NCBI GenBank assembly: GCA_043228905.1
Contig: JBHGNT010000012.1
Location: 21,080,001 to 21,144,000 of the forward strand
DNA: 64,000 bases
Direction: 5' to 3'
Source of the DNA: Azolla caroliniana
Taxonomy: Eukaryota > Plantae > Polypodiophyta
Each line of letters begins with the position of its first letter. Position 1 is the stretch's first letter. Shown one piece after another: positions 10,701 through 22,300 of this stretch. A program made the position numbers and the translations under genes. A model generated the notes under the pieces. The model ran no database searches, was not told where the DNA came from, and saw only the letters and a list, made by a program, of their open reading frames with translations.

Positions 10701-13700
10701 GGCTATGTCCGGAGGAGCTGAACGTGGCAGCCGACGCTGCCGGTGAGCTGTGGCACAAGAGACTGTGCCACATGAGTGAGAAGGGGATGAAGAGGCTTGC
10801 AGAAGACAACCTTATTCCAGTGAAGCATGTGCACCTGGAGAAGTGCACCGACTGCCTGGCCGGTAAGCAAAACCGGACCTCCTTCCACTCAAGGCCACCG
10901 ACGAGACGTAGCGCACCATTGGAGTTGGTGCACACTTATGTGTGTCAGGTAGAAACGAAGTCACATGGCGGAGCCCAGTACTTCGTGACTTTCATTGATG
11001 ATCACAGCCGGAAGCTGTGGACGGCGCCGTTGAAGACAAAGGACCAAGTGTTGTCCGTCTTCAAAGAACTCCACGCGAGAGTGGAAAGAGAATCCGGCAA
11101 GAAGCTGAAAGCGATACGAGCGGATAACGGAGGTGAATACCGGGGGCAGTTTCAGGAGTACTGTCGCTCGAAGGGAATCCGGCTCGAGTTTACTGTGCCG
11201 AAGACGCCGGAACTAAACGGGCTGGCCGAGAGGATGAACCGGACCATAATGGAGAGGGTCCGGAGTATGCTGGCGCATGCGGAATTACCCAAGGGTTTTT
11301 GGGCTGAGGCGATGTCGACGGCGACATACGTGATAAACAGATCACCCTCAGTACCTTTGGACGGAGACACGCCGCAGAGAGTGTGGACCGGTAAGGAAGT
11401 ATCCTACCGGCATCTGAAGGTGTTCGGGTGTCTCGCATACGTGCATGTGGCAAAGGACCGGAGAGGAAAGCTAGATCCAAAGACCCGGCCATGCATATTC
11501 CTCGGATACGGCGACGACGAGTTCGGCTACCGAGTATGGGACCCGGTCGACAAGAAGATATTCAGGAGTCGAGACATCATCTTCATGGAGGACAAGACAC
11601 TCGCCGACTGGGAGTCGGAGAAGAAGATGAAGAGCTCCAAGTCGACCGGTGAGGATAAACTCTACGAGGAGCAGTCCCGACCGGCAAGGGACCGGTTAGC
11701 ACTCGAGGATCCGGCCGAAGACGGTGAAGAAACCGAACCGGCCGAAGAAGACGAAAATGATACCGGAACCGGCCCCGATCCCGAAATGGATTCGGATGAA
11801 GAAGAATCGGAAGAACCGGTTACCGAAGCTCCGGAACGGAGATATCCTCTAAGAGAGAGAAGGGCCCCCCGGAGATTTCCGGAACCAGAGCACGTGCTGC
11901 TAACCGACGAGGGGGAGCCGGAGAGCTTTGAAGAAGCAAAGAATGACACCCATAGCCGCAGGTGGTTAAGTGCCATGCAGGAGGAGATGGATTCCCTGCA
12001 TGAGAACCACACATATGAACTTGTGGAGTTGCCGAAAGGAAAACGGGCACTCCGTAACAAGTGGGTGTTCAAGCTGAAACCGGGAGATGCCGGAAACCCC
12101 CCGAGATACAAAGCCAGGATCGTGGTGAAGGGGTTTCAGCAGAAGAAGGGCGTCGACTTCGACGAGATATTTGCACCGGTAGTGAAAATGACCTCCATCC
12201 GGACGGTGCTGAGCATAGCGGCAAGCATGGACCTCGAGGTAGAACAGATGGACGTGAAGACGGCATTCCTTCACGGTGACCTCGAAGAAGAGATCTACAT
12301 GCAGCAACCGGAAGGATTCGAGAAGAAAGGGAAGGAGCACCTGGTATGCCGGTTGAAGAAGAGCCTTTACGGACTGAAGCAGGCTCCCCGGCAATGGTAC
12401 CGGAAGTTCGACTCCTTCATGACCGACGAAGGGTACCACAAAACGCAGTCTGATCACTGCGTGTTTGTGAAGAAGTTCGAAGGAGGAGACTCTCTAATAC
12501 TCCTCCTGTACGTGGACGACAGATGCTGAAGAAGGCTCTTCACCGAACCTTCTCAATGAAGGACCTGGGTCCGGCGAGGCAAATACTAGGGATGCACATC
12601 ATCCGAGACCGGAAGAAGAAGCAGTTGTGGCTGTCACAGGAGAAGTACGTGACAAAGGTGCTTCAACGGTTCAACATGTCGGAAGCAAGACCGGTCGGAT
12701 CGACCCTCCCGGCAAACTGCAAGCTGGCCAGCAAGCAAAGTCCCAAGACAAAGGCTGAAAAGGAGGATATGATGGAAGTGCCGTATGCCTCAGCCGTCGG
12801 GAGCTTGATGTACGCCATGGTGTGTACGAGACCGGACATAGGATATGCAGTCGGAGTGGTGAGCCGGTACATGAGCAACCCCGCGGCCAAGTGGATACTC
12901 CGATACCTGATGACGTATGCAGGGGGAGCTGTTTCGTGGCAGTCGAGGCTGCAGAAGACGGTTGCGTTGTCAACCACGGAGGCGGAGTACATGGCGGCTG
13001 TTGAAGCCGGCAAGGAAATAATATGGATGAAGGACTTCATTAGAGAGCTCGGTATCCGACAGGAGGAGTACCGACTCTACTGCGATAGTCAGAGTGCCAT
13101 CCACCTTGCAAAGAACGCGGCCTACCATTCCCGGACGAAACACATCCAGCGAAGATATCACTGGATCCGGGAAAGGATAGAAGATAAGGAGTTCGTGCTG
13201 ACAAAGATCCACACGGACGAGAACGGGTCGGATATGCTGACCAAGGTCCTCACACCCGACAAACTGGAAGCATGCCGAAAGAGGATCGGATTGGAGAGAC
13301 ATCCCATGCCGAAGTGAAGGGGGAGTTTGTTGGGATTTCGGTCCCTCCGGATGGGATGTCCCCGGACACAAATGACGGCAAGCCCGGTTGCGGTTACGGA
13401 ACCGGATGATGAAGAAGTACCCGGCATGAAGCCGGACGAAGTGTACCCGGATGCGGATCCGGATGATGAAGACCCCGGTTACGGAGCCGGATGATGAAGA
13501 CCCCGGCTACGGAGCCGGATGATGAAGACCCCGGTTACGGAGCCGGATGCTGAATGTACCCGGAGAGAGATACGGATGCGGGGACATATTTGTGAATATG
13601 TTTGCCAAGAGCCCTTGAGGCTATATTTGTAAATAGCCCGAAAGTCATATGTGTATAAATATGACTTAGGGCAAACAGTTTATGTTTTGTTGCTCATTTT

Positions 13701-16700
13701 TCATGCGAAGTGAGAGCAGCCGAGAAAGAAAGAGAGAGAGAGAGACGAAGAGGTCGTTGCCTCTGTGTATTACCGCCGCCTGTGGCGAAGACAGTGAACT
13801 CAAGGTTGTTGCCTTGTAGCTTCACCATTGTACATCTCTGTTCATAGTGATAGTTGGAGTTTGAGGACTCCCATGGTTTTTTCCCATTTAGGGTTTTCCA
13901 CGTTAATCCCTGTGTCATCGTGTCTTTCTCTGTGTTTCCTATTTTCTGCTCCTTTGATTCCTAATTACTCGGTTGTGGCCGAAAGAGGAAGGTAAATCGG
14001 AGCGTCGATTCTCGACATGGATGACAGTATATACAGTGCCTAGAGTCAAAGGCAAGGTCAAGCTGAAGCATGTACGAGCCGACTTGTACGATGACTGCAT
14101 GAGACTGCACCAGAAAGTTCATCAGGAGATCCCAGTCAACAATGAGTTGTCAGTTTCATTTGCTAGAGCATTTGCATATGAGTACTGCAAAACAACGAAG
14201 GAATCTAGAGACCCTGAAATGTATAGGGTAGCTTGGGCAGTCTATGGTGAGGCATCGGTAAAAAGATGCCGAAAGATGGGGACCTTGGCACAAAAAATAG
14301 ACAGATTTTGGAGCATGGCAGCTGTTGATGCAACTGCCGACTCCCAGCAAGACCGGGGGCATACACCACACCGACACCCAAGGAAAGCCAATGTCGATGA
14401 TACAGGTGAGACATTGGTTAGCTATATGCTAAAAAATGTTCATGACGCCTGTGAGACATTGGCATTTTTTAAGACTGATTTAGAGAAAGCCACAATGGCT
14501 TCTGCAATGGAGAGCAAAGTTACTTCTGCTGTTACAACAATTAGAAATAAGATTCAGGTAACTATTGTTTTGCTGGTATGTGATTGTGTTATAAATAACG
14601 GGTAAAATGTGCTAATCAAGCATTATCTGGAATAGGTTGCGCAACAGGAGCTTGAATTAGAGGGGCCACTGGATCCCCAACGTAAAATAGAACTGCAAAT
14701 AGAGATCCAGGTTCTTTCAATGAACCTGGACCTTCTAGGTGTAAATACTGTTGCAGATTACAATTTGGATAAGCTTCAAGTAAGTTAACGATTCCTGAGC
14801 AAAGTTGGTGTATCTTTCAACAACAAGAATAATTAATCGGTAAATTTCTCTGTTGCGTTGAAGGAACAATACATTCATCAAGAACAGGTAGTTAGCTGCC
14901 TTAAGAAGAAGCTACATTTTGTGGAGGGAATGGTAAGGACCAGACAGGATTTGGACCTGAACATTCTTGCTCCCTTACCAAATGAAGTAGAACCAGAAAA
15001 TGATTTATTGACAGTTCAAGCACGTTGCATCGCTTGCGGGTTAGGTGTGGAGGACAAAACTGCGTCTTTGTTGGTTCACCTACAACCATGCAACCACACA
15101 TACCATCTGCTTTGTTTTCAACATGCCTGTCGAATTGCTGCATTCTGTTTGGGAGATTGCAGTACAACTCTACCAAATGAGTGGAGAAAACAAACAGGTA
15201 TACCATACTGTAGCTAATAAGCTTAGTCTTTTCTAATTAGCTATCCTACTAGCTAATTAGCTACTGGCAGCTAATGAGCTACTAGCTAATTAGCTATCCT
15301 AGTAGCTAATTAGCTATGGTACTAGCTAATTAGCTAGTACCATAGTTGTGTAAAAAAGCTAAATAGCTATCCTACTAGCTAATTAGCCACTGGCAACTAA
15401 TTAGCTATCCTAGTAACTAATTAGCTACTGCCATAGTTGTGTAAAGTAGCTAATAAGCTATCCTAGTAGCTAGTTAGCTATGGTACTAGCTAATTAGCTA
15501 GTACCATAGTTGTGTAAAAAAGCTAATTAGCTATCCTACTAGCTAATTAGCTACTGGCAACTAATTAGCTATCCTACTAGCTAATTAGCTATCCTACTAG
15601 CTAATTAGCTATCCTACTAGCTAATTAGCTATCATAGTAGCTAATTAGCTACTGCCATAGTTGTGTAAAGTAGCTAATAAGCTATCCTAGTAGCTAGTTA
15701 GCTATGGTACTAGCTAATTAGCTAGTACCATAGTTGTGTAAAAAAGCTAATTAGCTATCCTACTAGCTAATTAGCTACTGGCAACTAATTAGCTATCCTA
15801 CTAGCTAATTAGCTATCATAGTAGCTAATTAGCTACTGACATAGTTGTGTAAAGTAGCTAATAAGCTATCCTAGTAGCTAATTAGCTACTGGCAGCTAAT
15901 TAGCTGTCCTAGTAGCTAATAAGCTATCCTAGCTACTACATAGTTGAGAAAGTAGCTAATTAGCTTTCATTGTAGCTAATTAGCTATCCTAGCTACCACC
16001 ATAGTTAGTAAAGTAGCTAATTAGCTATCCTAGCTACTACCATAGTTAGTAAAGTAGCTAATTAGCTATCCTAGCTACTACCATAGTTGAGTAAAGTAGC
16101 TAATTAGTTATCCTAGCTACTACTATAGTTGTGTAAAGTAGCTAATAAGCTATCCTACTAGCTAATTAGCTATCCTAGTAGGTAATTAGCTACCACCATA
16201 GTTAGTAAAGTAGCTAATTAGCTATCCTAGCTACTACCATAGTTAGTAAAGTAGCTAATTAGCTATCCTAGCTACTACCATAGTTGAGTAAAGTAGCTAA
16301 TTAGCTACCATAGTAGCTAATTAGCTATCCTAGCTACTACTATAGTTGTGTAAAGTAGCTAATAAGCTATCCTACTAGCTAATTAGCTATCCTAGTAGGT
16401 AATTAGCTATCCTACTAGCTAATTAGCTGTTGGCAACTAATTAGCTATCCTACTAGCGAATTAGCTATCCTAGTAGCTAATTAGCTATCCTAGTAGCTAC
16501 TGCCATAGTTGTGTAAAGTAGCTAATAAGCTATCCTAGTAGCTAATTAGCTACTGGTAGCTAATTAGCTATCCTAGTAGCTAATTAGCTACTGGCAGCTA
16601 ATTAGCTATCCTAGTAGCTAATTAGCTACTGGAAGCTAATTAGCTGTCCTAGTAGCTAATAAGCTATCCTAACTACTACCATAGTTGAGTAAAGTACCTA

Positions 16701-17395
16701 ATTAGCTATCCTAACTACTACCATAGTTGAGTAAAGTACCTAATTAGCTATCATACTAGCTAATTAGCTATCGTACTAGCTAATTAGCTATCCTAGCTTC
16801 TACCATAGTTTAGTAAAGTAGCTAATTAGCTATCCTAAATAACTGTCATGTTATTGTAGAATCTTGTGGATTAAGGACGGCACATGATGTGTCTGGTGCT
16901 GATGATGCTGCAACAGATGAGGATACTACTGCCAATGTGGCTGAAAGTAAGAGTCCTGCTATCACATCTCCTTCAGATCAGCTACACCCTATTCTTTTGG
17001 AACAGTGTACTGAATTAGGCAACGATGTGAAATGCCATGAAATAGTGGAAACAACATGTAAAACTGAGGTTCACAACAACAGTGTTTATGAACACTTGAT
17101 GCAACATTTCTTCGAGTCTCAAGACCTTGATTCCACCCCACCGAGCCCAACTACTGAAAATGTCCAAACAGATCCCTCTGTACTTGAAAAGCTAGTTCAA
17201 GACACGGCTGATGTGCAATTAGCTGCTGAGGCGATGGGAAGGTTGTCGGAGGAGGACACACTTGCGCATTGGGTCCTAGAAGCAAGGCTAAATGGGGAAC
17301 CAACCAGAAAAAGGCTGAAGAAGGGGCCACGATCGGGAACAAGACCAGTTACTCGGTCAAGGGGCCCAGACGTAGTGGAGCGAAATACTGTTTAG
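7732..17395 (+). CDS. Sola2 accessory gene 1: predicted 599-aa protein with RING-H2-like zinc finger, disrupted by the Copia insertion
   Basis: Exons 7732-7835, 8545-8691 plus 14023-14557 (Copia removed, reads ..SDIDWMTVYTVP..), 14636-14779, 14864-15197, 16860-17395. All introns are GT..AG with consistent phases; total 1800 nt with no internal stop. Contains CIAC..PCNHTYHLLC..CLGDC. Confidence 0.72.
8031..8438 (+). repeat. Degenerate ~26-bp tandem array with TTAGGGTTT (telo-box-like) core, in intron 1 of accessory gene 1
   Basis: Repeated TTTCTGATTAGGGTTTGTGATTGAAA-like units. Confidence 0.85.
8692..14017 (+). mobile_element. Very young Ty1/Copia element (Tnt1/Tork-like), internally deleted
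   Basis: 690-bp LTRs 8692-9381 and 13328-14017 with 2 differences seen. TSD TGGAT at 8687-8691 and 14018-14022. PBS TGGTATCAGAGC (tRNA-iMet) at 9385-9396. PPT GAAGTGAAGGGGGAG before 13328. 28-bp tandem units in U3. Confidence 0.97.
9413..13317 (+). pseudogene. Copia gag-PR-INT-RT-RH polyprotein with frameshift and deletions
   Basis: CFHCGKPGHFRKNC, WVVDSGAS, integrase, RT to YVDD, then a frameshift near 12521. The RNase H N-terminus is missing (..ILRYL-MTYAGG..). Confidence 0.9.
15210..16837. repeat. Tandem array built on palindrome TAGCTAATTAGCTA (~20-bp units, higher-order variants) in last intron of accessory gene 1
   Basis: Directly visible; lies inside predicted intron 15198-16859. Confidence 0.95.
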
Positions 17396-17644
17396 TTGGA
17401 TATGATTGTTAGCTTAGGGATTTTGCTAGGGTTTTATGAAGTTTTACTATCCTGTTGGACAAGTAAAACCTCAGATTGGTTGTTGCTTGATCCACATTAT
17501 GTAATGGAACTCTATGATGTTTTTCCAAGATAATTTGAAGAGTGTTGTTCTATGACTGAAACTCTTTGATGTTCAGGATATTGTTTTGTGAGACTATTAG
17601 TTACTTTGTGAGTGTGAATATGTTGGTGTTTTCTGATGTTGCAG

Positions 17645-18561
17645 AGTCTAAAGGGTTTGATTCTATTGCTCGTAAGGCCAATGGCAGTGTGGATACTGTT
17701 GATATTGCGGCATGTTTAAAGGGCCCCATCTTGAAAGTAGATGTAGCAACTGACACAAGTGATCTGGTCACACAAGTTGATCAAGCATGTAGCACGGATG
17801 ACTTGGTGTTGCAGGTAGATGCAGCATGTAGCACGGATGACTTGGTGTTGCAGGTAGATGCAGCATGTGATACCAGTGGACTGATATCGAGCAGAACAGT
17901 AGCTACATGCACTGAGGTAATCCAAGGATTGATAACTAAGTCGACAAAACAAGAGCACCAGAATGTGAAGCTAGGCCCAACACAGTCGACTAGGGGTTTA
18001 AAGAGGAAAAGGACACCAGTTGTGTCAGCCGAACCTGAGCTGATTGAGATTGATTGTATCCTACCAGAAAATGGTGTAACAACGGCTCAGTTTCAGGAAT
18101 GGAAACCTAAACCACTAGAAGTCGAAAGAAGAGCCTTGATCTTGGAGCTCGATAAAGTCTTGATGAGTGTGAGATATATGCAGCCAAGGAGGGACGCAAA
18201 TCAGTTTCTAGAGTGGGTTGTGGAATACTTTGATTTGTTTATTTGGAGTGAAAAACCAAAATCAGATGTGTGGAAGTGTTTGGCAAGATTCTTCCCAAAA
18301 TGGCGAAGTCGTTTTAAAGGTCAATGGGCACGAGAAAATTGTGAGCAGATGGAAGCTGCAAGATTCAAGAGACTTTCTGATTTTTGGGCTACTTGGCCTG
18401 AATATAATGCCGACAATACATTGATTTTGGATACAGAACATTTCCGACACTACTTCAATATTCGGAGATGCTGTCTCATTCTACCCGAGGAAATGCCTGA
18501 ACAGTACCTGATGCAAACAGTGAGCTGCCAACTAGGTGCATGGTTGTGGACTCCATACTGA
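17645..18561 (+). CDS. Sola2 accessory gene 2 or exon: FCP1/SCP (NIF, HAD-family)-like domain with degenerate catalytic motif
   Basis: ORF 17566-18561: ALILELDKVL..PRRDANQFLEWV..FDLFIWS..KRLSDFW..YNADNTLILD resembles the NIF fold, but DxDxT is replaced by ELDKV. Probable splice acceptor (TTGCAG) at 17644; upstream exon unresolved; 39-bp/13-aa repeats (ACSTDDLVLQVDA). Confidence 0.6.
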
Positions 18562-18805
18562 GCTCAATATGCGGATAATATATGTAGACTCGTTCCACTG
18601 ACTAGCAAGAGCTTAGCTGTTTATAGGAGATTTGTAGACATTTCCAATGGTAATTTATAAATATGTAAAGAGATGACATTATTCAATGAAGAATTTAATT
18701 ACTTGTTCCCACTGTACTTATCTACTGTGTAATTTGAGGAATATGTTGCAGATTGTTGATTTCATTCTATTGATGACTATTTAGCTATTGACAGCTAATT
18801 AGATG

Positions 18806-19314
18806 CATTTGTACAGCTAATTAGCTGCATTTGTACAGCTAATTAGCTACTGATGACTATTTCGCTATAACTTATAACTTAAAACTTAACAAAAAAGACA
18901 TGATTTTATTGAGAAAGAAGCACAGAAAGCAGACTGTATACAAGAAATTGATTCCAAACGAATTATTGATCTGTTTTCGCGAAATACATGTTTGTTTTAC
19001 AAGAGAACATGGTAAGTGCTACTTGTAGCTACAAATTCCATGGCATACTATTGTAAATACATTTGTACAGCTAATTAGCTGCATTTGTACAGCTAATTAG
19101 CTACTGATGACTATTTCGCTATAACTTATAACTTAAAACTTAACAAAAAAGACATGATTTTATTGAGAAAGAAGCACAGAAAGCAGACTGTATACAAGAA
19201 ATTGATTCCAAACGAATTTATTGATCTGTTTTCGCGAAATACATGTTTGTTTTACAAGAGAACATGGTAAGTGCTACTTGTAGCTACAAATTCCATGGCA
19301 TACTATTGTAAATA
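18806..19314. repeat. ~254-bp tandem duplication covering the transposase stop codon region and 3' UTR
   Basis: 18806-19059 is nearly identical to 19060-19314. Confidence 0.9.
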
Positions 19315-22300
19315 CATTCATACACATTAGCACCAACAGTGTATAAACCGGAGCAGCTATTGTATTCTGACATTGGGACATTGATGCATCTGACCAAATG
19401 AGAGTACATATACGCCGTTGGTTTGTCTTCTAACAGTCTGTACACATATTCGTAGTCATCTAGTTTTGCATAAAAAATGCCTTCGACGTAGAATGTCCCG
19501 GCAGATACAAAATTTCCCCATGCATCTACAATATTCTGCCTTGCACACTGTTTACTAACCGTGCACTTTAATATATAGAAATCAGCACCCTCTGAATTGC
19601 CTTCTTCAGCATTTACAGCGAAGTTATCCCCAACGTTCAGGACATCACTCAAAGTATCTCCAAGTCCCTCATATGTGAAGTCAGCATTCTGCCCTGTTTC
19701 TCCATCAACTGCTTCCTTATCATTCAGAGTGTGATACTCCCAATTCTGAATGTATGCTTTGTTTAGACAATATCTCCAATTTCCCTGCACACAATGGAAG
19801 CAAAAACAAGTCAATTCTCTAACCGCAATACAATGACCATCCAACCTGGAATAACCGCGAACAGCATGCAGAGATCGCAATTCGGGAATTCCTTGGCACT
19901 CCCAGGTCTTCTCCCTATTTACTTCATCTATCTTCACTTCCCAAAATTCACGTTTGATATCTCGAACTTGCGAGGAATAAACACCTGTGGCACTCGTCGA
20001 CATATTTGTTCTTAAAAATTCAACTACATGTGATGCACAATTCATGTGCACACCATCTGTCTTTAGTTGTTCATGGGTAAGTGCCCGCTTTATAACAGCC
20101 CCTGCACCATCATGTTCACCTTTACCATGGCCAGACCCAAAAAAATTCCATCTCATCTCCAAACCTGTTATAGCAGGATACCTCCCCACAAAATAAAATG
20201 GACGTCGAGCCTTGAATTGTGACGCAGCTCCGTCAGACCAGACCCAATGTTGAGTAAGCTCCAAACGTTGAGCTAATAACCACTGCCAATGTAACTTAAA
20301 ACAGTGTTGGACGAACAAGGTATCATGCTTCTTATCATCGGAAATAAAGAAATGAATTACTTTTTTAACATCACCTGAAACTCGAAAATATGTTATGTGC
20401 ACAAAAATGGTTACCTGAACTGAACACCAATGCATAGATTGAATTTCATTCTGCTGCTTGAAAGTATAATTCTCTGCGAAATCTACTACTGAGACTACTA
20501 CATCATTTGGGAAATCAGATATGCAAGTCTTAAACTGATGGGCCTGCCATGAATAAATGAAGTTGTGTTTAATGAACTTTCCTAGAGATACTACAAACAG
20601 AGACACCAAATCCCTTGGTTTAAGCATCTTCCGAACTAGATCCTTTCTTTTACACACCTTTCCTTCGAAATTGGTGTTCACTGACTCAAATAACTTCACA
20701 GAGATCAATATTTCACTACTCAATTCATTTGGACACCACCTAAATCTAGTAGGGCCACAATCTTGACATAAACCCATGACACATTTATGAATATGGAAGA
20801 TAGCGTCAGTTTCTCTCGGACACAATATTGAATCTAATAAATAACTCATGGAAGAGATAGCGTGCTCAGATGATTTACACTCCTCTTGCGGGCTTGATCG
20901 ACAGATTGGGCACCCACATGTGCAAACTGTATTAGTTAGGGATGCGCTATGGTGACGTAGTAGATTAACAGAGTCCTTCAGAAAACCCATCTGTACATGG
21001 TAAATGCAACAACATGTGTATCGATCCTTTAAGCGTCTCACAAAGTGTGGCTTAAGAGACTCGAATGTTCGTAGTTGAACTTTGATAGTTGGATGCATTC
21101 GTTTGAACCTAATAAATAAATCGACCTGCGTAATAAAGGGGAATTAGTTATTCTCGTAACTAGCTAACTATCCTAGTAGCTAATTAGCTATTCTAGTAGC
21201 TAGTTAGCTATTCTAGTAGCTAGTTAGCTATTCTAGTAGTTAGTTAGCTATTCTAGTAGCTAATTAGCTATCATGGTAGCTAATTAGCTGTCCTAGTAGC
21301 TAATTAGTTGTCCTAGTAGCTAATTAGCTATCATGGTAGTTAATTAGCTGTCGTAGTAGCTAATTAGCTATCATGGTAGCTAATTAGCTATTCTAGTAGC
21401 TAATTAGCTATCATGGTAGCTAATTAGCTGTCGTAGTAGCTAATTAGCTATCATGGTAGCTAATTAGCTGTCCTAGTAGCTAATTGGTTGTCCTAGTAGC
21501 TAATTAGCTATCATGGTAGCTAATTAGCTGTCGTAGTAGCTAATTAGCTATCATGGTAGCTAATTAGCTGTCGTAGTAGCTAATTAGCTATCATGGTAGC
21601 TAATTAGCTGTCCTAGTAGCTAATTAGTTGTCCTAGTAGCTAATTAGCTATCATGGTAGCTAATTAGCTGCTCTAGTAGCTAATTAGCTATCATGGTGGC
21701 TAATTAGCTTTCCTAGTAACTAATTAGCTATCATGGTAGCTAATTAGCTGGTCTAGTAGCTAATTAGCTATCATGGTGGCTAATTAGCTTTCCTAGTAAC
21801 TAATTAGCTATCATGGTAGCTAATTAGCTGGTCTAGTAGCTAATTAGCTATCGTGGTAGCTAATTAGCTGGTCTAGTAGCTAATTAGCTATAATGGTGGC
21901 TGATTAGCTTTCCTAGTAACTAATTAGCTATCATGGTAGCTAATTAGCTGGTATAGTAGCTAATTAGCTATCATGGTAGCTAATTAGCTATCACGGTGGC
22001 TAATTAGCTGTCCTAGTAACTAATTAGCTATCATGGTAGCTAATTAGCTATCACGGTGGCTAATTAGCTGTCCTAGTAACTAATTAGCTATCATGGTAGC
22101 TAATTAGCTGGTCTAGTAGCTAATTAGCTATAATGGTGGCTAATTAGCTATCCTAACTAATTAGCTATCATGGTAGTAGCTATTGAGAGTAGCCAGTTAC
22201 CTATGTAGTAGCTATCATAGTAGCTAATTAGCTATCATGGTAGCTAATTAGCTTTCCTAGTAGCTAATTAGCTGGTAATAACGAAATAGCTAACTAGCTA

